From Acidobacteriota bacterium (GTDB taxonomy: Bacteria > Acidobacteriota > UBA6911 > JACQSX01): a stretch of DNA of 43,579 nt. The stretch covers positions 1 to 43,579 of the forward strand of contig DASXQR010000057.1 in NCBI GenBank assembly GCA_036507075.1. Reading direction: 5' to 3'. Shown here piece after piece: positions 28,123 to 36,515 of the stretch; position 1 is the first letter of the stretch; each line of letters opens with the position of its first letter. Both the position numbers and the translations under genes were made by a program. Below the pieces are notes generated by a model that was not told the origin of the DNA, searched no databases, and saw only the letters and a program-made list of their open reading frames with translations.

Positions 28123-28402
28123 ATGGGGGAGTGGGAGTGTGAGAGTGGGAGACAAGGAGCACGCGAAGCACAGAGCCGCGTCCCGCAAGGGCGTGGGGGG
28201 ACCAACTGAGCCGTCTCTCAACAGTACCGCGGTGCGTCAGCCCGCGGCGCGCGCATCGACCCAGGGTCAAGCGCCGCCCCAATCGATCAGATCACGGCGA
28301 TAGGCGCGCCGCGGGCTCACGCACCGCGGTACTGACCGGGAGCAGGCAGGTCGACTTGCGGGACGTGGCTCTATGCGTTGCGTGCTCCTTGTCCCCCACT
28401 CC
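28123..28402. repeat. Nested inverted-repeat element between E1-alpha-2 and lpdA
   Basis: Octamer-like GTGGGAGT run, outer ~47-bp IR at 28143-28189 and 28355-28401, inner 31-bp IR CAGTACCGCGGTGCGTCAGCCCGCGGCGCGC at 28222-28252 and 28304-28334 (1 mismatch). Confidence 0.88.
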
Positions 28403-28453
28403 GCATGGCAAAAGCCATAACTGGTACTAATGTGAATCCTTGGAGACTACCCG

Positions 28454-29851
28454 ATGAGCACGAGAGAATTTGAGGCGTTGGTAATCGGTGGGGGACCGGG
28501 TGGATATGCCGGCGCCATTCGCCTGGGGCAGTTGGGAGTAAAAACGGCGCTGGTTGAAAAGGCTCGCCTGGGAGGCATTTGTCTCACCGTGGGCTGCATA
28601 CCATCGAAGGCTCTGATTTCGGCGGCAAAACTGGTGGAAAAAATTCAGAAGGCAGAAGTGATGGGCATTACCGCTGGTCCCGTAAAAGTCGACATGCGCA
28701 AAATGCAGCAGTGGAAAGACGGCATTGTAGACAAGCTCACCGGCGGCGTTGGACAACTATGCAAGGGAAATCATGTGGAGGTCATTTACGGAACCGCCAG
28801 ATTTAAGAGCAGAGATGAGGTAGAGATTGCCGGCGATAACCCAACGACTGTAAGGGCGAAGAATTTCATGATCGCCACGGGCTCGCGCCCCGTGGAGCTT
28901 AAGGGTTTCGAATTCGGAGGACGCATTCTGAGTTCCACCGACGCTCTGGCTTTAAATGAGGTCCCAAAAAGGCTGGCGGTACTGGGCGGGGGATATATCG
29001 GTCTGGAACTGGGCACCATGTACGGCAAGCTCGGCTCTCAAGTCACGGTCGTGGAAATGATGGACCAGTTGCTTCCCGGATTTGATCCTGAAGTAGTGCG
29101 GTTGCTTGCGCAACGCCTTAAAAAACAGGGTGTCACGGCGCATGTGAACACTCGGGCAACTGCAGTTGAAAAGATCAGGGACTGCATCCGCCTGAGTGTA
29201 CAGGCAGGTGAAAAATCGGATGTGATAGAAGCGGATTATCTGCTGGTGACGGTGGGACGCCAGCCCAATAGCGAGAACCTGGGCCTGGATGTCGCCGGCG
29301 TCAAAACCGACTCTAAAGGATTTATTCCAGTCGACAGCCGGCTCCGGACGAACGTGCCCAATATTTTCGCAATCGGCGATGTTGTGGGCAACCCAATGCT
29401 GGCGCATAAGGCGAGCAAGGAAGCGGAGGTCGCGGCCGAAGTGATTGCGGGAAAACCAGTCGAGCTGGATTACCGCGTCATCCCCGCCGTTGTGTTCACC
29501 GATCCTGAGGTCGCGACCGTAGGACTGAGCGAGACGGAAGCGCGCGAGAAAGGCTACCAGATTCGTGTGGGAAAATTTCCGTTTGCTGCCAGTGGGCGCG
29601 CTCTTTCGGTCAACGAGGGGGAAGGATTCGTCAAGACTGTGGTGGATGATAAGAGCAAACAGATTCTTGGGATCCATATCGTCGGCCCGGATGCGTCCGA
29701 CTTGATCGCCGAGGCGACGCTGGCCATTGAAATGGGAGGTTATGCCGAAGACGTGGCGCTCACAATCCACGCGCACCCCACGCTGGCAGAATCGGTCATG
29801 GAATCGGCCAAAGCAGCGCTCGGCGAGGCGATTCACATACTGAACAAGTAG
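28454..29851 (+). CDS. lpdA: Dihydrolipoyl dehydrogenase (E3)
   Basis: GGGPGGY, redox disulfide GGICLTVGCIPSKAL, GGGYIGLE, HAHPTLAE. Confidence 0.97.
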   Translation: MSTREFEALVIGGGPGGYAGAIRLGQLGVKTALVEKARLGGICLTVGCIPSKALISAAKLVEKIQKAEVMGITAGPVKVDMRKMQQWKDGIVDKLTGGVGQLCKGNHVEVIYGTARFKSRDEVEIAGDNPTTVRAKNFMIATGSRPVELKGFEFGGRILSSTDALALNEVPKRLAVLGGGYIGLELGTMYGKLGSQVTVVEMMDQLLPGFDPEVVRLLAQRLKKQGVTAHVNTRATAVEKIRDCIRLSVQAGEKSDVIEADYLLVTVGRQPNSENLGLDVAGVKTDSKGFIPVDSRLRTNVPNIFAIGDVVGNPMLAHKASKEAEVAAEVIAGKPVELDYRVIPAVVFTDPEVATVGLSETEAREKGYQIRVGKFPFAASGRALSVNEGEGFVKTVVDDKSKQILGIHIVGPDASDLIAEATLAIEMGGYAEDVALTIHAHPTLAESVMESAKAALGEAIHILNK

Positions 29852-29868
29852 ATTGAAATCGGTTATTG

Positions 29869-29936
29869 GTCTTTGAGTCTTTCAGTCTCTCAGTCTCTAA
29901 GGACTGAAAGGCTGAAAGACTGAGAGACTGAAAGAC
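29869..29936. repeat. Octamer palindrome (GTCTTTCA)n..(TGAAAGAC)n after lpdA
   Basis: GTCTTTGAGTCTTTCAGTCTCTCAGTCTC..GACTGAAAGGCTGAAAGACTGAGAGACTGAAAGAC. Confidence 0.85.
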
Positions 29937-29987
29937 TGTAAACCTTTCCGCCGCTTATGTATCTAAGACCCCAGCAAGGTAACGGAT

Positions 29988-31418
29988 TTGAAAATGAAGC
30001 GCCTATTTATCCTCTTCCTACCGGTATTTCTGGCGGTTGTCGCATCCGCTGCTAATCCTTCAAAAGACAAGACCAAAAGGCCGCAGGCTCAGTCTCTCGC
30101 TCCCTATAAATCGAGCGCGGCGGCGCCCTGGAACTACGACCGCGCCGCCCATCTGCTCCGCAGAGCCGGCTTTGGCGGCGATTACCGCCGGATTGAAGAA
30201 CTGGCCCGAATCGGTCCGGCGAAAGCTGTCGACCAGCTGATGGGCGCCGACACAAACATGCTGGGCAGGTTTGAGGAAGAGTTGGCGCGGCAGCATTTCG
30301 ATTCGGGAGAGCCGATCGACATCAAGGCCTGGTGGATTTACCGCATGATGCATTCTCCCGCTCCCCTGCAGGAGAAGATGTCGCTTTTCTGGCACAACCA
30401 TTTTGCCACTTCGCTGCGCAAAGTACGCGCGCCGGAACTGATGCTGCGTCAAAATGAAATGTTCCGCCGCTACGCGCTGGGCGATTTTCAAAAACTGGTC
30501 CTGGAAGTTTCCAAGGACCCGGCCATGATTCAGTGGCTTGACAACAATAACAATCTGAAGGGCAAGCCCAACGAGAATTATGCCCGCGAAGTGATGGAGC
30601 TGTTCACGCTGGGGATCGGTCATTACACCGAAAGCGACATCAAAGAAGCCGCGCGCGCCTTTACCGGATGGCAAATGGATTATTCGGGCTTTTACTTCAA
30701 TCCGGAACAGCACGATTTCGGGTCCAAAACTTTCATAGGTCAGACCGGAGAGTTCAACGGTGGGGACATCATACGCATTATTTTTCAGCAGCCTGCATGC
30801 GCGGAATATATTTCAAAGAAGCTTTTTGAGTTCTTTGCTTATGAGAGTCCGGATGAAGCACTGGTGCGCGAGCTGGCTTCGCTGGTGACCAGAAGCCATT
30901 TCCAGATTCGACCGGTAGTCGATCGGATTCTGCGTTCGCAGGCTTTCTTCTCGGCCAGAGCGATGGAGGCCCAGATCAAAAGCCCGGTAGATTACGTCGT
31001 GGGCACAGCGCAGGCGATGGAGATTGATGTGGATGCCAGGGGCGCCCGTATGGCTGCTCGCGCTGTGGCGCAGATGGGGCAGAATCTGTTTGAACCGCCC
31101 AGTGTGAAAGGCTGGGATGGCGGTCGTGCCTGGATCAACACGGCGACATTGCTGAACCGGCAGAACTTTATCAAGCAATTGACCGAGAACCGCTCACAGA
31201 ATCTGGCCTCCCTGCGCAAAGACCTGAAACTGGAGGAAAGCGAGCCGGCAAAAGCACTGGACAGCTACGCGCGCGCTCTTCTTCAGCGTCCGCTCGCGGA
31301 GAAGGACCGCGCCGAGTTGATGCCGTATCTGGCGCAGGCGAAAGAGGCCGGGAGTCCGGAGATGTGGCAGGATCTGACATACCGGCTTTTGACGCTGCCG
31401 CAGTATCAGCTCAACTGA
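29988..31418 (+). CDS. DUF1800 family protein, secreted
   Basis: AAHLLRRAGFG, LQEKMSLFWHNHF, PNENYAREVMELFTLG, EAARAFTGW, KSP, PPSVKGW. N-terminal signal peptide. Start at 29988 or 29994. Confidence 0.93.
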   Translation: MKMKRLFILFLPVFLAVVASAANPSKDKTKRPQAQSLAPYKSSAAAPWNYDRAAHLLRRAGFGGDYRRIEELARIGPAKAVDQLMGADTNMLGRFEEELARQHFDSGEPIDIKAWWIYRMMHSPAPLQEKMSLFWHNHFATSLRKVRAPELMLRQNEMFRRYALGDFQKLVLEVSKDPAMIQWLDNNNNLKGKPNENYAREVMELFTLGIGHYTESDIKEAARAFTGWQMDYSGFYFNPEQHDFGSKTFIGQTGEFNGGDIIRIIFQQPACAEYISKKLFEFFAYESPDEALVRELASLVTRSHFQIRPVVDRILRSQAFFSARAMEAQIKSPVDYVVGTAQAMEIDVDARGARMAARAVAQMGQNLFEPPSVKGWDGGRAWINTATLLNRQNFIKQLTENRSQNLASLRKDLKLEESEPAKALDSYARALLQRPLAEKDRAELMPYLAQAKEAGSPEMWQDLTYRLLTLPQYQLN

Positions 31419-31597
31419 GAGTTACGGGTTTCCGGGTTGCGGGTCGCGGGTCGCGGGTTTGCGGGTTGCGGGTTTTCGGGTTGTGGGTTGCGGGTTTTCG
31501 GGTTGCGGGTTACGAGTTTCTAATTTGGATCGCAAATTGAAAATTCCAAACCAACCGTAACCCGAAAACCCGAAAACCCGTAACGCGGCAACCGGTA
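31419..31597. repeat. Heptamer palindrome (GGGTTGC)n..(AACCCGA)n between the DUF1800 and DUF1501 genes
   Basis: The long left arm starts immediately after the TGA, followed by an AT-rich central hairpin and a shorter right arm at about 31553-31597. Confidence 0.88.
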
Positions 31598-31618
31598 CTA
31601 ATTTGAATTGGAAAACTT

Positions 31619-32818
31619 ATGAATAGCCGACGCGATTTTTTAAAGACGGGAATCATGGTGGCTACGGCGGGATCGCTGCTGCCTAACTTTCTGGCGCGCA
31701 CAGCGCTGGCAGAACAGAACAGGCCTTCCTCCGAGCGGAGCTTTCCCATTCTGGTGGTGTTGCAAATGACGGGAGGCAATGACGGATTGAACACCGTCAT
31801 TCCCTATCGCAACGATCGTTACTACGAGTTGCGTCCCACGCTGGGGATTCCACGCGCTTCGGCCCTGTCGCTGACCGATGAACTGGGTCTGCATCCCAGG
31901 ATGGCGGGAATGAAAGCGCTGTATGAATCGGCAAATCTGGCGGTGATTCAAAATGTCGGCTATCCCAATCCCAACCGCTCGCATTTCCGATCCATGGAAA
32001 TCTGGCATACCGCCGAGACCGAGAAGATCGAGCGCACGGGATGGATCGGACGCTACCACGACCAGATTCTCAAGGGCCTGAAAAATCCGCTTTCCGCAGT
32101 CAACATCGGCCAGGAGCTCCCCCTGTCGCTGGTGGGAAACGGGGAGGCGATTCCTACAATTCAGAATCCGGGCCAATATCGTCTGAATGGCGAACCCGCG
32201 ATGGCTGCTTCCGAGATGGGGACGCGCAAAAGCAGCGGCTCGACGCTGGATTTCATTCAGGAAACCGCGGTCAATGCCTACCAAAGTTCCGAGAGCCTGC
32301 AGAAGGCGCTCAAGAGCTACCGCTCGACAGTGAATTATCCTCAGGGTCCCCTGGCCGCGGGCTTCAAGCTGGTGTCTCAAATGATCACGTCGGACCTCGG
32401 GACGCGAATTTATTATCTGTCCTTTGGAAGTTTTGACACACACCGCAACCAGGACAATCAGCACGCCAATCTGCTGGCTTCGATGAGCGAGGCTCTGGCG
32501 GCCTTCTCGCAGGACCTGAAGCAACAGGGAAAGTGGAATGACGTGCTGGTGATGACTTTCTCTGAATTTGGCCGCCGCGTCGCGGAAAACGGCAGCCGCG
32601 GCACTGATCATGGAACGGCAGCGCCCATGTTCGTCATGGGTGGGCGTGTGAAACCCGGCATTCATGGCGGCGCCCCCGACTTGGCCAACCTGAACAGCGG
32701 CGATTTGAGTTACCGCATTGATTTTCGCTCCGTCTATTCCACGGTGCTCAGCAAATGGCTGAAGAGTGATCCACGGGCAATCTTAGGACGTGAATTTGAG
32801 GCCTTGAATTTCATATGA
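31619..32818 (+). CDS. DUF1501 family protein, Tat-exported
   Basis: Tat motif SRRDFLK, GGNDGLN, NRSHFRS, GWIGR, FDTH, SEFGRR, GTDHG. Confidence 0.94.
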   Translation: MNSRRDFLKTGIMVATAGSLLPNFLARTALAEQNRPSSERSFPILVVLQMTGGNDGLNTVIPYRNDRYYELRPTLGIPRASALSLTDELGLHPRMAGMKALYESANLAVIQNVGYPNPNRSHFRSMEIWHTAETEKIERTGWIGRYHDQILKGLKNPLSAVNIGQELPLSLVGNGEAIPTIQNPGQYRLNGEPAMAASEMGTRKSSGSTLDFIQETAVNAYQSSESLQKALKSYRSTVNYPQGPLAAGFKLVSQMITSDLGTRIYYLSFGSFDTHRNQDNQHANLLASMSEALAAFSQDLKQQGKWNDVLVMTFSEFGRRVAENGSRGTDHGTAAPMFVMGGRVKPGIHGGAPDLANLNSGDLSYRIDFRSVYSTVLSKWLKSDPRAILGREFEALNFI

Positions 32819-33570
32819 ACCGACAAACGTTGTTTCCGGCCGCCCTTACGAGCGCGGTTCTGATTCTTTTGTGCCTTTTGACCGGCCGGGCCGCAGGCGG
32901 TGTTGGCGGCGAGGGCCGTTTCAGTTTGGAAGTATCGCCAGGCAGCGCGTCAGCACAGGAGGAGCGTTCCAGTCAGTCGCGCGCCGGATCACCCTCGACG
33001 GCGAACTCCGAACAAAAGAAGACCGAGACCGGACGGCCGATCTCTCCGGAAAGAGAGGAGATGCGACGTCGCTTCGCACTTCAGGTGTTCCGCGTGCTGG
33101 ACGCGAATCGGGATTCCGCCATTGATCTGCAGGAGTTTCATCAGATCGGCCCGAAACGGTTGTTCATGAGAATGGATGCCGATCAAAACGGCAAATTGAG
33201 CCACGCCGAATGGAGCGAGCCTGCCGGAGGCGCAGGCATGGCACTGCAGCAGTTGCGCCGATACCGCGCATTTTTTCTGGCAGACCGTGACGCCGATGGT
33301 CGTGTGGCGCGAAACGAATTTTTCCGTGGAGCGTTCGACGATTTTGACGAGGATCATGACGGTTATCTCTCGCTGAATGAATGGAAGTCCATGGAATCGG
33401 CCGAGCGCAATCGCCAGATTTCAGAGTTCATCCGAAAGAATGATCGCAATGGCGATGGAAAAGTGACCCGCAGTGAGTTCGAAGGCCGTGCTGAAGATTT
33501 TGACCGGATGGACACAGACATGGACGCCGAAGTGAGCTCCGCCGACATTGTGAAGGGGAGTGAAGGGTAA
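32815..33570 (+). CDS. Secreted multi-EF-hand protein
   Basis: Six EF-hand-like loops (DANRDSAIDLQE, DADQNGKLSHAE, DRDADGRVARNE, DEDHDGYLSLNE, DRNGDGKVTRSE, DTDMDAEVSSAD). Hydrophobic N-terminus. ATGA overlap with DUF1501. Confidence 0.88.
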   Translation: MNRQTLFPAALTSAVLILLCLLTGRAAGGVGGEGRFSLEVSPGSASAQEERSSQSRAGSPSTANSEQKKTETGRPISPEREEMRRRFALQVFRVLDANRDSAIDLQEFHQIGPKRLFMRMDADQNGKLSHAEWSEPAGGAGMALQQLRRYRAFFLADRDADGRVARNEFFRGAFDDFDEDHDGYLSLNEWKSMESAERNRQISEFIRKNDRNGDGKVTRSEFEGRAEDFDRMDTDMDAEVSSADIVKGSEG

Positions 33571-33866
33571 TGAAGGGTTATGAAGGGTGATGAAGGGTAA
33601 TGAAGGGTAATGAAGGGGAAGGAAGGGGGCGGGAGAAAAAAAGCGTTAGGCATTTTTGGGCAAGGCAACTCCCGATCCGTTAGCTTGGTGTCTTGGTGGT
33701 TCAATTCTTTTTTTTGACCACCAAGACACCAAGCTAATGACCTTGCTCTTCTTTTCTTTCCCACGCCCCTTCGTAACCCTTTCGCCCCCTTTATTCCCCT
33801 TCATTCCCCTTCATTCCCCTTCATAACCCTTCATAACCCTTCATAACCCTTCATTCCCTTTCGCAA
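33548..33866. repeat. Decamer palindrome (TGAAGGGTAA)n..(CCCTTCATAA/CCCTTCATTC)n enclosing a CTTGGTGTCTTGGTGGT element
   Basis: Seven units at 33551-33620, the reverse arm at about 33766-33866, and an inner IR at 33680-33737. Confidence 0.9.
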
Positions 33867-34148
33867 AGCCTCCATTCACTCCCCTAATTCCGCCATTCGC
33901 CGAAGCCTGCTTGTTTCACGCTCTCAAAAAAAGGCACCATAGACCTCGTTAAGCTGAACTTTTTTCCGTAACTTATCGTATCTGAATTGCTTAACACCAC
34001 CGCGGTTCCCGGTGGCAGGGAAGGGTTGTTCCGCGTTAGCATAAGTTGGCGCTCCGCAAGAGCTTGCCGAAAGTTGGCGCCGATCTCTCTGACGGAGCCC
34101 TTTAGGGCCGGGGATTTGTGACTTGCGCGCCGCAAACACGGAGGCTGC

Positions 34149-35288
34149 ATGAAGTACGCAAAATTGGTGATTCGAAATATTCTGCGCAATAGGCGCCGCA
34201 CGGTGTTGACGATTTTAAGCCTGGCGGGTTCATTGTTTCTCATCGTCACGCTGGCTACGGTGCTCACAGAATTTACGCGCGGCAGCGATGAAGCAAATCC
34301 ACTAAGGCTGATTGCCCGGCACGGCGTGTCGCTGGCATTCCAGCTTCCCATCGCTTACAGGGAGCGAATTGCTTCCGTACCCGGCGTGCAGCATGTTCTT
34401 CCCTTTCACTGGTTCGGCGGAATCTATAAGGAGCCGAAGAACTTTTTCGCCAATTTTACAGTGGATGCCAGGCTGCTTCGCGCTCACAGCCCGGAAATGA
34501 AAATGTCCGACCCGCAATGGCAGGCGTTTATTGACGACCGGCAGGGAGCCATCGTGGGAGGAAAGCTGGTGGAAAGATTTGGCTTTCAGATCGGCCAGCG
34601 GATCACTCTGAAAAGTCCCATTTACCGCATCAGTCCGGAAGTGATTATCCGTGGAATTTACACCGGCGGCGACGAGAAGACGCTCTTTTTCCACCACGAA
34701 TACTTCAATGAAATGACGCCCGCCTGGAGCAAAGACAAAGTCAGTACATTCGGGATCATGGCCAAAAAAGCTGAAGACGTTCCGCGGATCGCCAGGGAAG
34801 TGGATGCTATGTTCCTCAATTCAGATGCTCCCAGCAAGACCGAGAATGAGCGCGAATTTGCCATGAGCTTCGAAGCGATGATGGGAAGCGTCAAGACCTT
34901 TCTCTACGGGATCATCACCGCCATTGTTTTTTCCATTCTGCTTGTCACTGCCAACACCATGGCCATGAACGTACGCGAGAGGACAAATGAAGTCGGCACT
35001 CTAAAGGCGCTCGGCTTCCAACGGGGAGCAATTGCCGGGATGTTCCTGGGCGAATCTCTGGTGCTGGCCGTAGTCGGAGCGCTGATGGGAATCGGGGGAG
35101 CCGCATTGCTCTATCGCTCGATAGATCTGAGCTTATACATTCCCAATTTCAACTCCTTCACGCCCCAGAATTGGACACTGCTGGGCGCGTTTTTACTGGC
35201 TCTGATCGTCGGGCTCGTGAGTGTATCGTTCTCGGCGCTGCGCGTCACCAGGCTGACAACGGCAGAGGCACTCAGGAGGGTCGAATAA
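34149..35288 (+). CDS. ABC transporter permease, MacB/FtsX family
   Basis: RNRRRTVLT N-terminus, periplasmic domain, VRERTNEVGTLKALGF, C-terminal TM segments. GGAGG RBS. Confidence 0.93.
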   Translation: MKYAKLVIRNILRNRRRTVLTILSLAGSLFLIVTLATVLTEFTRGSDEANPLRLIARHGVSLAFQLPIAYRERIASVPGVQHVLPFHWFGGIYKEPKNFFANFTVDARLLRAHSPEMKMSDPQWQAFIDDRQGAIVGGKLVERFGFQIGQRITLKSPIYRISPEVIIRGIYTGGDEKTLFFHHEYFNEMTPAWSKDKVSTFGIMAKKAEDVPRIAREVDAMFLNSDAPSKTENEREFAMSFEAMMGSVKTFLYGIITAIVFSILLVTANTMAMNVRERTNEVGTLKALGFQRGAIAGMFLGESLVLAVVGALMGIGGAALLYRSIDLSLYIPNFNSFTPQNWTLLGAFLLALIVGLVSVSFSALRVTRLTTAEALRRVE

Positions 35289-36451
35289 TGGCACTTCCTT
35301 TGAAATACAACATCAGAAACCTGGTCGTCAGAAAGGGTTCCACTCTGGCGACGGCTGCCAGCATCGGCTTGACCATCGGCGTCTTTCTGATGGTGATGGC
35401 GTTGGCGCGCGGGATCGACTTGACGCTAACGGGCAGCGGCGAGCCGCTCAATTTGATTGTGCTGCGCAACGGATCTACTGCGGAGATGATGAGCGACGTA
35501 AGTCGAGACAACCTCAATGTGATTCAGTTTCTGGATGGAATTGCGCGCGAGGGAGATAAACCGCTGATTTCGCCGGAGATGATCACATTGATTTACAAAC
35601 CGCGCAAAGGCCAGACGCAGGGGGGCAACATCACTATCCGGGGAGTCGGGCCGATGGCGATGAAGCTTCGTTCAGGCTTTCGCATTGTAGAGGGAAGGAC
35701 GTTTCAAACAGGCTTGGCGGAAGCAGTAGTTTCCCGCCGAATCGCCGAGCGATTTCAAGGCCTCGGAGTGGGAGACCAGTTCCGCGTGCAAGCCACCGAT
35801 TTCCGGGTGGTCGGATTGTTTGAGGCTTCCGGAAAAGCATTCGAATCGGAAATCTGGGCCGACGTCAATACCCTGCGTAACGCCAGCAAGCGCGTCAACT
35901 TTTCCTCGCTGCTGCTGCGCGCCCAAAATTCGTCGCAACTGGCGGTGCTGGAGAAGAGGATTTCCGATGACGAGCGGCTAAAACTAAAGGCCTTGTCAGA
36001 AAGAAGATTCTATGAGGAACAGCAGGGAGGCAACTCCATGATGCTGAAAGGCTTTGGCTTCTTCATCGCGCTGATCATGGGTGTGGGTTCATGCTTTGCC
36101 GGAATGAACACTATGTATGCCGCGGTGGCCAACCGGACTCGCGAAATCGGAACATTGAGAGTACTGGGATTCAAGCGCGGCAGTATCATGGTGGCTTTCG
36201 TGCTCGAGTCGATCGCCATCGCGCTGGTCGGTGTGGTGATTGCAGTGGTACTGGCGCTGCCTCTGAATTTTGTTTCCACGGGAACGTCGAACTTTACGAC
36301 CTTCAGCGAGATCGCTTTTAATTTCCGCGTCACGCCGGAGCTGATCGTAACAGCGTTGATATTCGGCCTGGGCATTGGGTTCTTCGGGGCGCTACTGCCC
36401 TCGCTGCGCGCGTCGCGCACCAAAGTTGTGGATGCCCTGAGAGCTACTTAG
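35288..36451 (+). CDS. ABC transporter permease, MacB/FtsX family (second copy)
   Basis: MALPLKYNIRNL, NTMYAAVANRTREIGTLRVLGF. TAATG overlap with the previous gene. Confidence 0.93.
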   Translation: MALPLKYNIRNLVVRKGSTLATAASIGLTIGVFLMVMALARGIDLTLTGSGEPLNLIVLRNGSTAEMMSDVSRDNLNVIQFLDGIAREGDKPLISPEMITLIYKPRKGQTQGGNITIRGVGPMAMKLRSGFRIVEGRTFQTGLAEAVVSRRIAERFQGLGVGDQFRVQATDFRVVGLFEASGKAFESEIWADVNTLRNASKRVNFSSLLLRAQNSSQLAVLEKRISDDERLKLKALSERRFYEEQQGGNSMMLKGFGFFIALIMGVGSCFAGMNTMYAAVANRTREIGTLRVLGFKRGSIMVAFVLESIAIALVGVVIAVVLALPLNFVSTGTSNFTTFSEIAFNFRVTPELIVTALIFGLGIGFFGALLPSLRASRTKVVDALRAT

Positions 36452-36515
36452 TCAGATTAAGCCTGTTACTTTGTAAGAGCCCCGATTGTGGCTTTAGCGG
36501 TGAAGCTAATTCTGC

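Noticed and set aside
16322..28402. Consistent G-U bias in arm mismatches as proof of RNA-level selection
   Set aside because: The bias is seen at 21951 and 20571, but mismatches are mixed at 16322 and 28143. It cannot be supported without genome-wide counts.
27048..32665. Long antisense ORFs (27048..28049, 28952..29836, 31640..32665, also 17100..18014 and 6077..6838)
   Set aside because: These are shadow frames of well-supported genes in GC-rich DNA and carry no recognisable motifs.
33551..33866. Decamer and heptamer arrays as CRISPR or coding repeats (ORF 33363..33764)
   Set aside because: The units are contiguous with no spacers. The translated ORF is a low-complexity read-through of the repeat, antisense to the EF-hand gene.
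33960..34145. SAM-I, cobalamin, glycine or c-di-GMP riboswitch
   Set aside because: Only fragmentary resemblance (CTTATC, GGTGGCAGGGA) and the core consensus elements are missing. Kept only as an unclassified candidate leader.
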